A stretch of 64,000 nt of DNA from the NCBI GenBank assembly GCA_036338595.1, contig JAYZBV010000037.1:71550-135549 (forward strand), written 5' to 3'. Positions 49,482 to 59,955 of this stretch are shown here, piece by piece. A model generated the notes under the pieces. It made no database searches. It worked only from the letters and a program-made list of their open reading frames with translations, and had not been told where the DNA came from. Positions within the stretch are counted from its first letter, which is position 1, and each line of letters begins with the position of its first letter. A program made the translations under genes and the position numbers. The stretch comes from Planctomycetota bacterium. GTDB taxonomy: Bacteria > Planctomycetota > UBA8108 > UBA1146.

Positions 49482-50224
49482 CTAGAATCTTCTTCCCGGC
49501 GCGAGTCGTAGTACTCCTTGATATTAGATCGATGACGAATCAACACCAGTAGTGAGAGTGTCAGTAGTACCGCTCCCAGCATCGAAGGGAATTTCAACCC
49601 AGCGTCAGCCGTTCTCAGGACGGAAATGATCGGCTCCCAGCCCAGCAACAGGCAAAGTGCCAGGAGTGAACCAGTCGTCGCCGCCATCACTGACGCCATC
49701 CCGACGCTCTTGATGGCCTTGAAGGTCACGAACCAACTCGACAACATCACCAGTGCAATCACCGGCTCAAGAGCCAGCAACACGCCCCCCGTCGTCGCCA
49801 CACCCTTGCCACCCCTGCCTTTCAGAAACGGCGAGAAGCAGTGTCCCAGCACTGAAGCAGCACCGATCAGTAGCAGAGATCCAGGAGAAAACGATGAGAA
49901 CCACAGGATCGGAATTGCCCCCTTCATGACGTCGAGAGTCAATCCCAGGAATCCATACGGTTTGCCCACTTCTCGACTCAGATTGGTCGCCCCCGGATTG
50001 CCACTGCCCACCTTCAACAGATCGAGTCCGCGCGCCCTTCCTATCAGCCACGCGAAGGGGATGGAGCCACACACGAAAGAAGCCAGCAGTGGCCACAGCA
50101 ACTGCCCTGCCGCAGCACTGGTTGGGGCCAGGGAATCGATGATCCCCAGAAGAGGTAGCTGGACCGAGGAGGGGATCTCCCAAGTTTGAAAGCAGATGTT
50201 TACCAACGGACCCGGTCCCGTCAT
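49478..50224 (-). CDS. plsY: Glycerol-3-phosphate acyltransferase PlsY
   Basis: GSIPF, GSGNPGATN, DVMKG, GHCFS, GGKGVAT, RHRSNI; start uncertain. Confidence 0.92.
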   Translation of the reverse strand: MTGPGPLVNICFQTWEIPSSVQLPLLGIIDSLAPTSAAAGQLLWPLLASFVCGSIPFAWLIGRARGLDLLKVGSGNPGATNLSREVGKPYGFLGLTLDVMKGAIPILWFSSFSPGSLLLIGAASVLGHCFSPFLKGRGGKGVATTGGVLLALEPVIALVMLSSWFVTFKAIKSVGMASVMAATTGSLLALCLLLGWEPIISVLRTADAGLKFPSMLGAVLLTLSLLVLIRHRSNIKEYYDSRREEDSR

Positions 50225-50391
50225 CGAAGATTCCCCAGTAGGCGAGGCTCGCTGCTGCAGCGAGGGTTTCCCGGTCAAGCCGCAGTACACAACTGGATCG
50301 GTAGCGAAGCAACCCCAGCGCATCCGACTGCCCGGTATTCTGGCAGCGCTGGAGCCTGGCTCGGAGGTCGCTTAGGCTGGCTCACTGGTAT

Positions 50392-51489
50392 TTGGCTCGG
50401 GAGCGAGCCGCTGCTGGAGGTCACTTGGGCAGATACGATCGTCAACAACGTGTTCCACGGTGGGCAGCATTTGATCGCGACTGGCAACGGTTGCGGGTGC
50501 TGCTGGTCGGCTGTGGAGGTGTCGGGACCATTCTGGCCCAGTCACTGGTTCGCAGCGGTGTCGGTTGCCTCACGGTCGTCGATGGAGATCGCATTCGAGA
50601 ATCAGATCTTCATCGCCAGTTGTTGTATTTCGATGAAGATGTGGCTCAGGGCAGGTCAAAAGCAGAGGCGGCGCGCCACGCCCTGTGCAAGATCGGGGGG
50701 CGTACAGTCGTCGATGCACTGCCACAGATGCTGACCCCAAGAAATGCTGAAGCCCTTTTTTACAGCCATGATGTGGTGCTGGATGCCACTGATAATATCC
50801 AGACTCGATCACTCATCGATCTCACTGCGATGAGGACCGGCGTCGGATGGATACACTCCGGGGCGATCGCTGACCGCTGGGTCGCTGCATCTTTCTTGCC
50901 ACCAGGAACTCCCTGCTATCACTGCTGGGTCGCTGAAGAACCGGCACCCGGCTCGATCGGGACCTGTGAAACGGATGGTGTGCTGCAGGTATCCTGCCTC
51001 GCCGCAGCTTCCGTGGTGATTCGATTGTTGACAGAGCAACTTCTATCGACACCGGAAGGTACTCCTCGACAATTGACGCGAACCATCATTCGAGGAAGCG
51101 TTGATCAAGGTGAAACTTACGTCGAACTTGTCGCTGACCCGGGTTGCGCCCGCTGTGGCGATGTGTCGAGTGGAGATGGATCGAGCCGATCCTCTAGCCT
51201 TGGTCTGGATCAACAAGTTTACCTGAGAAAACTGTGCGGAATCGGAAGTGTCGAAACCTGGCTCAACATTGATTTCGATGAGATTGAAACTCGTCTGGGC
51301 CAGATACAGGACTCCGGACAACTGCGTCGTGGAGCCACCGCCATCCGGCGTGAAGATCGAGGGGGAGCACTGATCTGCTACCGGGATGGCCGCGCACTGG
51401 TCACCGGAGATCACGCAAATGACCTCGACGGGGCGAAAGGGTTGCTCGAAAGATGGCTCGGCGCAGATGCGCTCTGTCGGCTTTCCTGA
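50392..51489 (+). CDS. ThiF/MoeB family adenylyltransferase with C-terminal extension
   Basis: RYDRQ, GCGGVG, LHRQ, DATDN, CYHC, TCETDG, CARC, LCG. Confidence 0.88.
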   Translation: MARERAAAGGHLGRYDRQQRVPRWAAFDRDWQRLRVLLVGCGGVGTILAQSLVRSGVGCLTVVDGDRIRESDLHRQLLYFDEDVAQGRSKAEAARHALCKIGGRTVVDALPQMLTPRNAEALFYSHDVVLDATDNIQTRSLIDLTAMRTGVGWIHSGAIADRWVAASFLPPGTPCYHCWVAEEPAPGSIGTCETDGVLQVSCLAAASVVIRLLTEQLLSTPEGTPRQLTRTIIRGSVDQGETYVELVADPGCARCGDVSSGDGSSRSSSLGLDQQVYLRKLCGIGSVETWLNIDFDEIETRLGQIQDSGQLRRGATAIRREDRGGALICYRDGRALVTGDHANDLDGAKGLLERWLGADALCRLS

Positions 51490-51520
51490 GGCGGATCCCG
51501 GGATGATCGAAGCAGCGAGG

Positions 51521-52543
51521 TCAGGAGGTCAGGCGCAACTTTCTGCGTTCATCACCGATCCTGTGGAACAGGCTCTCACGAGCCTCCTCCTTCAGGACCT
51601 GGGTCTGGAACACGGTGGCTCGCGCCTTTTCCAGTTGATCGTGCAGACGCACCGAGCGGTCGAGTCGCTCCTCGACCAACTGCAACAGATCCTGGAACTT
51701 CGTCTGGTGAAAGACATCGTCAAACAGGAGTCTGTAGAAGGGGCGAAGGATCGGCTTGAAGTCATCCGCAATGATTGGATAGTCCTCAAGGCAGATCAAT
51801 TCGCTCAGAGCCATCTTCAGATTACGCTCTGAGCCCTCAAGCATCTCGCGGATTCTTCCGATGGTGGAGTGCTTGAGAAGGTCTACCAGATAACCCTTGT
51901 CGATCCACTCCTGAACCGAGTAGTGGCTTCTTGCATGGAGCACGTAGTTGCGGGCTGATGTGAGGTAGTCCTTTGCGCGGCTGACATTGAACAGCGCATC
52001 GTCAAGATTAGTGAGATCTTCCGTCAGCACATTCCAGGAATGTTCTGTCTCCTCGAACTCATCGGAGATGGCGAGCACTGGCTCATCCCCGGAAAGATCA
52101 AAACTGCTGAGCGCATGTCTGCGCTCCATCTGCAATCCATCGATCTTGTCGTGGAATACACGGAAGGTAGCGAGTCGATCGGAGACATCCTTGATCTCTC
52201 CATCGAGCTCCTCAAGTTCCTCAATGATCTCTGGGCGCATGCCGATGGCGAGGAACGATGCTCGAAGCGGCTCCAGATCGAGCTTCTTGTCTTCATTGAT
52301 GATGCGAGTCGAAATCTCACCAAATGTCATGCCGCACAGGCGATCTCCTGCGCCGAAGTCTTGCTCCGGAAATAGATCGAGAACCGACATCAATCGATCA
52401 CGATGTGAACGCAGAAAATGTACGCGTGTCGCGAGGCGCTGTTCCTTTTCGAGCTTGATCTGGCAATACCCCAGTTCCTTCTCGATCTTCTCCAGGCGGC
52501 GAATTAGGGACAGATCCTTGCGCATCGACATTCCTTCCCGCAT
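51521..52543 (-). CDS. Coiled-coil-rich hypothetical protein
   Basis: 340-aa E/L/R/K-rich helical ORF; start may be 52531 or 52525. Confidence 0.7.
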   Translation of the reverse strand: MREGMSMRKDLSLIRRLEKIEKELGYCQIKLEKEQRLATRVHFLRSHRDRLMSVLDLFPEQDFGAGDRLCGMTFGEISTRIINEDKKLDLEPLRASFLAIGMRPEIIEELEELDGEIKDVSDRLATFRVFHDKIDGLQMERRHALSSFDLSGDEPVLAISDEFEETEHSWNVLTEDLTNLDDALFNVSRAKDYLTSARNYVLHARSHYSVQEWIDKGYLVDLLKHSTIGRIREMLEGSERNLKMALSELICLEDYPIIADDFKPILRPFYRLLFDDVFHQTKFQDLLQLVEERLDRSVRLHDQLEKARATVFQTQVLKEEARESLFHRIGDERRKLRLTS

Positions 52544-52819
52544 TCTTCTCCGGTGAGACCCGGCGAAGAATTGACTCCTCAGTCATCCCAGGACACGGCC
52601 ATGCTGGCGATACTCAGATCGGGCATGTGGGCGTGACGAATGCGGGAGGCCCCCCCTCTCCACATCTGCCGGGCTCGACTCAAGTCCCAAGGATATACAG
52701 GTTTGGGACTTGCGAATCTAACCCTGTCCTACCAAGATCAGATAGTACCACAAACCGCATCCAAATTGCACGGGTCCAGTTTGCCAATCTCTCCGGTCAG
52801 TCATGAAAGGGAAGCCACG

Positions 52820-53617
52820 ATGACATCTTGCCTGGTGATCTTCATGACCATCCTTCATTCGACTGCACCGCCAGCACCGGGAGTCCCTTCCGTCATCGAT
52901 GGGATACTTGACACCTTTCCCTACCCTGTCGAGCAGCCTCTGGAGTGGCAATGGGTCCAGAAAGGGCTCACCGTTGGCTCGACAAAGCTCCAGATCAAGC
53001 GGTCAGATCCGCTCTCCAAGCGGTGGACTCTCGACGCTCGGCTACTCTGGAGCCAGCCAGGAAGAACGATGGAAATCAGCAACAGGTCAGATTTCCAGTT
53101 GCCCTCGAACATGCCGTTACGTACTCGCCGGGAGAGTCGCATCGGTGCCTCCGGTGCAGGGGAAAAACGCGGTGTGGTTGCCAGTGAGGTCGATCTCGAG
53201 GAAGAACGCGTCCGCATCGTGGTACAGGATCCGGCCAGAGGCAGCCAGGTGGATCGAACGATGGACTTCCCTACGGGGACGGTACTGCTTGAAAACCAGG
53301 CATTTGAACACTGGCTTCTGATCGGGCTTCTGCTCGATCGTACAGAGCAACGCCATTTCAAGGCCTTGATCCCGAGCGAATTCAGGATTCTCGGCCTCGA
53401 GTTGAAAAAGGATCGGGCCGAAAAGATCGGCTCGATCGAGACGATCCGCTGGAGCATTCTGTCGAGAGACTTCACCGCAAAGATCTGGACAGGGCCCGGC
53501 GGATCGATCGAACAATACCGCCAGGGAGATCTGGAAATCCGCAGGATTCGCAAACCATCCGAGACTCCACCGGTGCCTCCAGAACCCACTCCCGATCCCG
53601 GTGGCAAGGACCGTTGA
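52820..53617 (+). CDS. Exported beta-rich hypothetical protein (DUF3108-like)
   Basis: ATG 52820 with AAAGGGA upstream; hydrophobic N-terminus; alternating beta-strand pattern. Confidence 0.55.
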   Translation: MTSCLVIFMTILHSTAPPAPGVPSVIDGILDTFPYPVEQPLEWQWVQKGLTVGSTKLQIKRSDPLSKRWTLDARLLWSQPGRTMEISNRSDFQLPSNMPLRTRRESRIGASGAGEKRGVVASEVDLEEERVRIVVQDPARGSQVDRTMDFPTGTVLLENQAFEHWLLIGLLLDRTEQRHFKALIPSEFRILGLELKKDRAEKIGSIETIRWSILSRDFTAKIWTGPGGSIEQYRQGDLEIRRIRKPSETPPVPPEPTPDPGGKDR

Positions 53618-53632
53618 CTCCTGGCCCCATCT

Positions 53633-54964
53633 TCACGGCCAGATCGAAGCCCGGATCGATTCGATGTAATTGCGCAATTTCGGAAGAGTCTGCTTTCGCT
53701 CGGTTGCCGGTCCCCAGTCAAAGTTCGCGACGAAGTCGTTGAGGTGTCGCGGCTTTCCGAGGGCCTCGTAGAGAATGGTACTCTCAAGGCGACTGTACTT
53801 TCTCAGACTCCCGAACAGCAGGGCGACATTTCGTGCCGCGCCGGGATGTTTGTGGGGCCAGGGCACCTGACCTTCTGCGGCCCACTTCTTCCAGCGACGG
53901 GGAAGGTCCTCGTCGATCAGGGCTCGCCACCTCTTGAAATCAAAACTCGCTCCACGACCGAGCTTGTCGAGTACAGGTGCTAGCGGATGTTCGTACACCT
54001 GATCGGTTCGCTGCGGATCCCGCAACAAACTCGCTCGCTTACCCCTGGCATGTGCGCCTGCGACCAGCAAGAGATCCCTGGTCGCTTCCACTTCCGCGAG
54101 GGCCTCGAGGTACCATCTGGCAATCCCCCGCTGCTGACGCCTCGCTTCTGCCGGATCATCGACTGACATCGAACCGTGCCAGCTCCAGACCTCCCCTCGC
54201 GCTGCGGGGGGCCAGAGTTTCTCGATCTGTTTCCTCATCGATTCGCTGACCTGACTCGAATCCCATTCCAACATCAGATCGAGACGCCCTGCGAACCACG
54301 AATCTGAAACCAGCGTCCGATTCCACCACACCTTGTTTCCATCGGTCAGTTCAATACCCCCCTCCAGAACCCGATCGCGGTACATCACCTTGATCAGCAT
54401 TCGCAATCCGGGTGGCAATTCCGTCTCGCCCGAAAGAAATAGCCGAGCGGGCAGCGTCTCCGCTTCGTCACGGGCGAGCGCGACCCACTCCAGTTGCGCC
54501 GGTGCCGACGAGGAAGGCTCCTGGAAGGTGATGTCGATCACCCACTGGCCCCCCGGCAATCCCAGCGGTATCCGGTGCTCCGTATCGACGACCCAATCGA
54601 GCCCATCGCCATCGATTTCGTTGAATCCCGCTTCTGCAGTACGGATGGGACCGGACTCGGAGACCAGCGGCAGTACCGTCCCTGGCTCGCTCAATTCTCC
54701 AGCAGCGGTGAGGGCTCGGATCCTCAGTTTCAATGGCTCAGAAGGGGGCCCGGGGGGCTCCGGAATTGGAACGGGGTCCGGCTGCTCCTCCACCACCTGT
54801 GGAACCCGGGTCACGTCACCGGGTGGAGGGTCGACGACGGGCGCTGGCACCGAGTCCCCGGGGTTCAGCACCGTGGGAGCCGGCCTGGAATCGCTGAAGA
54901 GCCAGGCTGCGATGGGGATCATCAGGATGGCCAACCAGAGCCATCGATCGATGCCATGCCTCAT
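53633..54964 (-). CDS. Membrane-anchored hypothetical protein with Pro-rich linker
   Basis: N-terminal TM WLWLAILMIPIAAWLF; ATGA overlap with the DUF4340 gene. Confidence 0.7.
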   Translation of the reverse strand: MRHGIDRWLWLAILMIPIAAWLFSDSRPAPTVLNPGDSVPAPVVDPPPGDVTRVPQVVEEQPDPVPIPEPPGPPSEPLKLRIRALTAAGELSEPGTVLPLVSESGPIRTAEAGFNEIDGDGLDWVVDTEHRIPLGLPGGQWVIDITFQEPSSSAPAQLEWVALARDEAETLPARLFLSGETELPPGLRMLIKVMYRDRVLEGGIELTDGNKVWWNRTLVSDSWFAGRLDLMLEWDSSQVSESMRKQIEKLWPPAARGEVWSWHGSMSVDDPAEARRQQRGIARWYLEALAEVEATRDLLLVAGAHARGKRASLLRDPQRTDQVYEHPLAPVLDKLGRGASFDFKRWRALIDEDLPRRWKKWAAEGQVPWPHKHPGAARNVALLFGSLRKYSRLESTILYEALGKPRHLNDFVANFDWGPATERKQTLPKLRNYIESIRASIWP

Positions 54965-56733
54965 CGGCGTCCCTCCTCTCGCCTCTGCTCCTGTAACTGT
55001 TCCAGAAATTGCTCGCAGAAGTGAACCAGGTCGGGGCCGTCCGTCGGAGCCAGTGAAAACACCCAGTTTCCAATCCTGGCTCGACGAGCCCCATCGACAC
55101 CCAGATCACCGAAGTACAGGGTCACTTCAGGTTCGGTTCCTGTCACGGAAAACAACTCCGCCTTCAGCAGATAGTGATCCGGGCCAGGAGCGGCTTCGTC
55201 GTCGGGCATCCAGCGCGAGGCGATCAGTTGCGAGAGCCGACGCGCCATCAGCCGAACATCGGGTTGAGGCAATTGCAACTGCTCCTCTCCCTGGCATCGC
55301 CATGTATCCCGTGGCATCGCCAGCAGCGCCGCTCCTCCTGCGGTACCGATTCGAAATCTTCTCAACTCACCGGAGGTCATCGAAGTCACATGAGGATCTC
55401 TCAGGCTGAAGGGAGCCCTGACCAGATCATCGAGGCCATCCATCTTCACAACACCCAACGATTCGCATCGCGGATTCCATGCGAACCGATCTCCAGCGGT
55501 ACCCGTGACCTCATCTCCGAAGATGATCCGCTCCGGATCTCCCCGTGAAGTGACGAGAGCGATCTGAAGAAGTGGGCGATCGAACCCCCACTGCTGAAGC
55601 GCGGATCGGTCGACCTGGATCCAATCGGAAGCCCTCAATTGACGTAGCCTTTCGACCCACCATCCGACCAGAGTCGCATCGGCTGGAACCATCGACCGAT
55701 CGCCGCCCCAGCGCATCGCCCACCCACCGGCAGGATCCAGCTGCAGATCGACCTTCGAGTAGGCGCCCCCCGTGAGGGTCAGCGCCTCGACGCGTGGTTG
55801 CTCGATACGAACCAGGAATGGGCTGATCAGGGATGCCGCTCTCATGCTCAGTAACTCCTGTGCGACCTGGCCCGCAGCGATCAGCACCGACTCCCTGCCT
55901 GAACATCGCACCGCGACGGTTCCAGAAATGCGGGAGTCTGCGAGATCCCCGATCGCCACCGTCTTGACCTCCTGGTTGCGAAGTTCAACCGTCAAGATCG
56001 CTGCCGGAGAATCGAGTCCCAGCGGCTCAGACAGGGAACCGTCGATGTAATCGACCGCTGCCCAGCCGGCGATCCGGGTGAGCCAGTTCTCGACAGCTTC
56101 CGGATTCGCATCCGCGGGGAAGGGTGCCACCATCTTCCAGTGGGGCCCCTCGCGCACCAGTTCGATTCGATCCTGATCTGGCCGCTCCAGCATGACCCGT
56201 TGAATGCGGCCAGGTGACACACCACAGACCGCATCATCTCGGATCTCGTCGAGATGGAAGTCACGCAGAGCATCTCGAATCTGCGAGGAGATCAACACGG
56301 GACGCTGATCCACAGCCGCGTAGACCCGCGGTAAGGATGGGTGGTCGGAACCCAGTTCGAGTTGATAGCGCCGAGATGGTGTCGAGATCTTGACGATGAT
56401 GGAAGGAGAATCGAGGCCAGTGCGCGCCGGATCATCCGGGCCCTCACCGCGAATTTCCAGATCGCGAATCAGGTGCAACAGGTCCTCGATGGCAGCATAT
56501 CGCCCTCGGTCGACAACGGGTGCGGTGATGTCCCAACCGTTTGTCGCCTTCTCTATCGAGATTCGATCCTCTCCTCTCTCGATGTCGACCGTTTCCACGG
56601 CCGCGATCGCGAAGGAAAAGGGTTGAGCTGCGCTGACGACATACTGAGGTCGTGCATCTTGCACCGACCGATACGCCAGCGGCGTGATCACCAGCGCCGT
56701 CAGGGCCAGCAGCACAGTGGTTCTCCAGTTCAC
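54961..56733 (-). CDS. DUF4340 domain protein (three repeats)
   Basis: GTGA overlap start; repeated W.I..P...A / GLDSP...G pattern; follows the GldG-like gene. Confidence 0.75.
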   Translation of the reverse strand: MNWRTTVLLALTALVITPLAYRSVQDARPQYVVSAAQPFSFAIAAVETVDIERGEDRISIEKATNGWDITAPVVDRGRYAAIEDLLHLIRDLEIRGEGPDDPARTGLDSPSIIVKISTPSRRYQLELGSDHPSLPRVYAAVDQRPVLISSQIRDALRDFHLDEIRDDAVCGVSPGRIQRVMLERPDQDRIELVREGPHWKMVAPFPADANPEAVENWLTRIAGWAAVDYIDGSLSEPLGLDSPAAILTVELRNQEVKTVAIGDLADSRISGTVAVRCSGRESVLIAAGQVAQELLSMRAASLISPFLVRIEQPRVEALTLTGGAYSKVDLQLDPAGGWAMRWGGDRSMVPADATLVGWWVERLRQLRASDWIQVDRSALQQWGFDRPLLQIALVTSRGDPERIIFGDEVTGTAGDRFAWNPRCESLGVVKMDGLDDLVRAPFSLRDPHVTSMTSGELRRFRIGTAGGAALLAMPRDTWRCQGEEQLQLPQPDVRLMARRLSQLIASRWMPDDEAAPGPDHYLLKAELFSVTGTEPEVTLYFGDLGVDGARRARIGNWVFSLAPTDGPDLVHFCEQFLEQLQEQRREEGRR

Positions 56734-58187
56734 CGACCCCTCCTTCGCGCCCAGGTGACGATCAGCCCACCGACCAGGGAACAACCTGGCAGCACGAAGA
56801 TGGAGGTCCAGAAGAAGGACCTCCTCAGCCTCTGATCGAGTTCTATGCGAAAGGAGAGCGGCTCTCGCCCCGCTCCTGCGGGCAATAGATCCCGTCCAGC
56901 AGCCCAGTCACAGCATGCGATGAAGAAGCGTCGCGAATCTCCGAGCCACCCGGATGGCAACGCCGTGCTCCAGTTGCCGATCACCACCAGCCTGCCTGAC
57001 CCTACCTCTGCAGCTGCTGCGAGTACCTGCGTCGAGGGGATCTCGTGAAGATCTCGACGAGGCGTGCTCGTATCCCGTTCCAGCCACGCCGATGGTCCCG
57101 TCGAGAGCAATGCTGTTGCGGGTTGTACCACTTCCAGGACTCGACTCGGGGTCATTCGAGCCGCGAACTTGCTCTGAGCCATCTGTGCCGTGATCGGATG
57201 AAACGGATCGAGTAGTTCACCGACAACAGAGAACGATGGGCGAATCGACAGGTTCGGCACGGCGGTGACCTGGGCTGCAAGACCGGGGAGTGCCGAGATT
57301 CCCGCAGCAGCCATCGTCTCCTCCAGTCCACATTCTCCCATCGCCGGCAGCAAGACGACGACCCCGCCGCCTGCTTCCAGGAATCGCTCCACGCCTCTGC
57401 GCGCTGAGGATCCGAGAGGTTCGAAACGACCCACGCCTCCAGCAACCACGATCAGCAGATCCGCCTCTGCATCGATCATCGCAGAAGTCATCAGATCATG
57501 ACCAGCAACCCTCGACCCTCGATGCTGCAGATCCTGAACCATCCTGACCAGGGATGGGCCGCTCGTTGAGGCCAGCGGAGGTTCGCCACTGCCCTGGCTG
57601 ATCCTGATCTCCGTGGTTTCATCGCTGACCACCTGGCGCAATCCGGCCTCGACTGCTTCGCGCACACGATTGACCACGATGCGCGCCACCTGTTCCGGCT
57701 CCAATGGGGATGCTTCTCGGATGATCGCCAGATCCTCGAGCTCCAGTGCGAGCCTTCGATCTCCGCAGAAGAGATGCACCTTGTTGACAGCATCGGCCTC
57801 GAGTCCGCGGGCAGCACGGAGGATCTCCCACCTGTCGGCTTCCCTGTTCACATCCACCTGCACGGGAGGCGACACCGCATCCGGTGCCATCCGACTCAGT
57901 TCCCCCATCCAGCGCATCGCCTGGAAGAGCACTTGCCAACGAACACGGCCCGAGGCATCCGGTTGCAAGTCGATGGGCAACAACACCTCCACAACCCGTG
58001 GCAGAGCGTCGAGCAGCGCCAGATCGGAGTCGGTCACCTGCATATGCTGACCACGACTCCAGTCCGATCGAACGGTGTCATGGAAAGACCACACATTGAC
58101 GATCCACACGATCCAGATCAGCAGCGAAAGTTGCAGAACGATGTGGATTCGCGTCCTTCGTCGTCTGGACAGGATGATGTCCTTCAC
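56730..58187 (-). CDS. GldG-like ABC transporter auxiliary membrane protein
   Basis: N-terminal TM plus RSDWS, SQGSGE, HPIT, GRLVVIGN, C-terminal TM ending WARRR. Confidence 0.75.
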   Translation of the reverse strand: MKDIILSRRRRTRIHIVLQLSLLIWIVWIVNVWSFHDTVRSDWSRGQHMQVTDSDLALLDALPRVVEVLLPIDLQPDASGRVRWQVLFQAMRWMGELSRMAPDAVSPPVQVDVNREADRWEILRAARGLEADAVNKVHLFCGDRRLALELEDLAIIREASPLEPEQVARIVVNRVREAVEAGLRQVVSDETTEIRISQGSGEPPLASTSGPSLVRMVQDLQHRGSRVAGHDLMTSAMIDAEADLLIVVAGGVGRFEPLGSSARRGVERFLEAGGGVVVLLPAMGECGLEETMAAAGISALPGLAAQVTAVPNLSIRPSFSVVGELLDPFHPITAQMAQSKFAARMTPSRVLEVVQPATALLSTGPSAWLERDTSTPRRDLHEIPSTQVLAAAAEVGSGRLVVIGNWSTALPSGWLGDSRRFFIACCDWAAGRDLLPAGAGREPLSFRIELDQRLRRSFFWTSIFVLPGCSLVGGLIVTWARRRGR

Positions 58188-58915
58188 CAGCGCCTCCTCT
58201 CCAGCACCTTGGTGGAGAGGAAGAGCATCAGGAAGGTGAACGAACTCCACCAGATGATCACTCGCAGGTCGACGACACCTCGCATCAGTTCATCTCGGAC
58301 GTGATGCACTGCACTGAAGTGCTCGATCCAGCGCAATTGCAGATCTCCAGGTTGATAGAGAAAACTCAGCCAGTGGACCAGAAACAGCACGAGGTTGATC
58401 GAGATTGCCAGACCCGCCGAGGCGAGTGGATGCGAGGTCAGCGCTGAGGCGAGGATGCCCGAGGCACAGAATCCTGCACCGATCAGAGCGATTCCGAGGT
58501 GAGCCGACGACAGCACTCCCACGTCCACCTGCCCGACCGTGGAGAGAAGCGACCATAATGGCAACAGGCACACCCAGAGGAACAGGAAGAAGGCCCAGGT
58601 CGACAGCCATTTCGCCACGACGACCTGCGTATCGGAGATCCCGGTCGTGATCAACATCTCGAGAGACCCGGTACGCTTTTCCTCTGCCACGCTTCGCATC
58701 GAGATCAGCGGTGGCAGCACAAGCATCAAGAACCAGAAAACCAGGCCAGAGTATGTCGCCGCCACCAACTGCTTCAGATCTCCATCGACGGCGAGCAAAG
58801 AAAGGTGAAAGGTCACCCCCATCACCAGCAGAAATACAAATGTGATCGTCCATGCCACCGGAGACACGAACAATGACAGTAGTTCCCTTCTGGCAAGGAA
58901 GACGACTCGCATCAT
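58184..58915 (-). CDS. ABC-2 type permease (GldF-like)
   Basis: RELLSLFVSPVAW, SMRSVAEEKRTGSLEMLIT, six TMs. Confidence 0.88.
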   Translation of the reverse strand: MMRVVFLARRELLSLFVSPVAWTITFVFLLVMGVTFHLSLLAVDGDLKQLVAATYSGLVFWFLMLVLPPLISMRSVAEEKRTGSLEMLITTGISDTQVVVAKWLSTWAFFLFLWVCLLPLWSLLSTVGQVDVGVLSSAHLGIALIGAGFCASGILASALTSHPLASAGLAISINLVLFLVHWLSFLYQPGDLQLRWIEHFSAVHHVRDELMRGVVDLRVIIWWSSFTFLMLFLSTKVLERRRW

Positions 58916-59838
58916 GATGCTTCCCCCGGCCCAGTCAGTTGCAAGAACAGCGATTCCAGTGTCGCAGCATCTGTTCTCAACTGGGAGAGGACCCAGTTCT
59001 TCTGACGGGCGAGGTCCCCGATGAGGGGACTCACATCTCGATCTGCACTCACAACCCAGCCATCTCCATCGCTCTTGACTTCCAGGACCCCCTCGATGCT
59101 GGCGAGTTGTGTCTCGACATCTGGATGGCTCTCCACCAGTTCGACGCGGATCGTTCCGGCTCTATCGAGACGTCTGGTCCAGGCCTCACGATCCTCATCG
59201 AGACGGACCTGGCCGGCAGAGATCATGCACACGCGATCACAGATCTGCTCCACCTCCCCGAGCACATGGCTCGAAAGGACGATGGTGTGGTGCCCACGCA
59301 GCCTGTCGATGAGACCACGAAAGAGCGAAATCTGACGCGGATCAAGTCCTCGTGTTGGCTCGTCGAGCAGCAACACGGGAGGATCTCCCAGTAGCGCATC
59401 CGCGAGGCCGATGCGCTGTCGATAGCCCTGCGAAAGAGTGTCTATGATTCTCCTCGACGCTTCGCTGGCATCGACCTCTTCGAGCACTCGCTGCACCTCG
59501 GCGAGGAGTTTCGCTCCCGGTACTCCCTTGAGCCTCGCTCGTGCGGAGAGGAACTCGATCACCCTGAGTTCCCCCGGAAGTGGCAACATCTCCAGTAGCG
59601 CACCGACCCTACGACAGGCCCTCTGCGGCTGACGCAGCAGGTCGATGCCGTCGACAGTGATGCGGCGCGTTCCAGGATCTGGAAGCAGCCAGCTGGTCAG
59701 GACACGAAGGGTGGTGGTCTTGCCGGCGCCGTTGGGCCCGAGAAAACCAGTCACCGACCCCGCAGGCACCTGGAAACTGATCGAATCCAGCGCCTTACGA
59801 GCACCGTAACTACGAGAGAGAGAGTCGACCTCGATCAT
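58912..59838 (-). CDS. ABC transporter ATP-binding protein (GldA-like)
   Basis: GPNGAGKTT, LSQGYRQR, LLLDEPT, SSH. Confidence 0.93.
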   Translation of the reverse strand: MIEVDSLSRSYGARKALDSISFQVPAGSVTGFLGPNGAGKTTTLRVLTSWLLPDPGTRRITVDGIDLLRQPQRACRRVGALLEMLPLPGELRVIEFLSARARLKGVPGAKLLAEVQRVLEEVDASEASRRIIDTLSQGYRQRIGLADALLGDPPVLLLDEPTRGLDPRQISLFRGLIDRLRGHHTIVLSSHVLGEVEQICDRVCMISAGQVRLDEDREAWTRRLDRAGTIRVELVESHPDVETQLASIEGVLEVKSDGDGWVVSADRDVSPLIGDLARQKNWVLSQLRTDAATLESLFLQLTGPGEAS

Positions 59839-59955
59839 CGGTGGTGATGAACTCCTGCGGGGGCCAGTCCGGACAGCGCCGGAAGGGTGCAGGGTAACAG
59901 GAAATCGCTGCTCGGATGGGACTGCCTCGGCCAGATGGGGCGGAATTTTGGCGTT

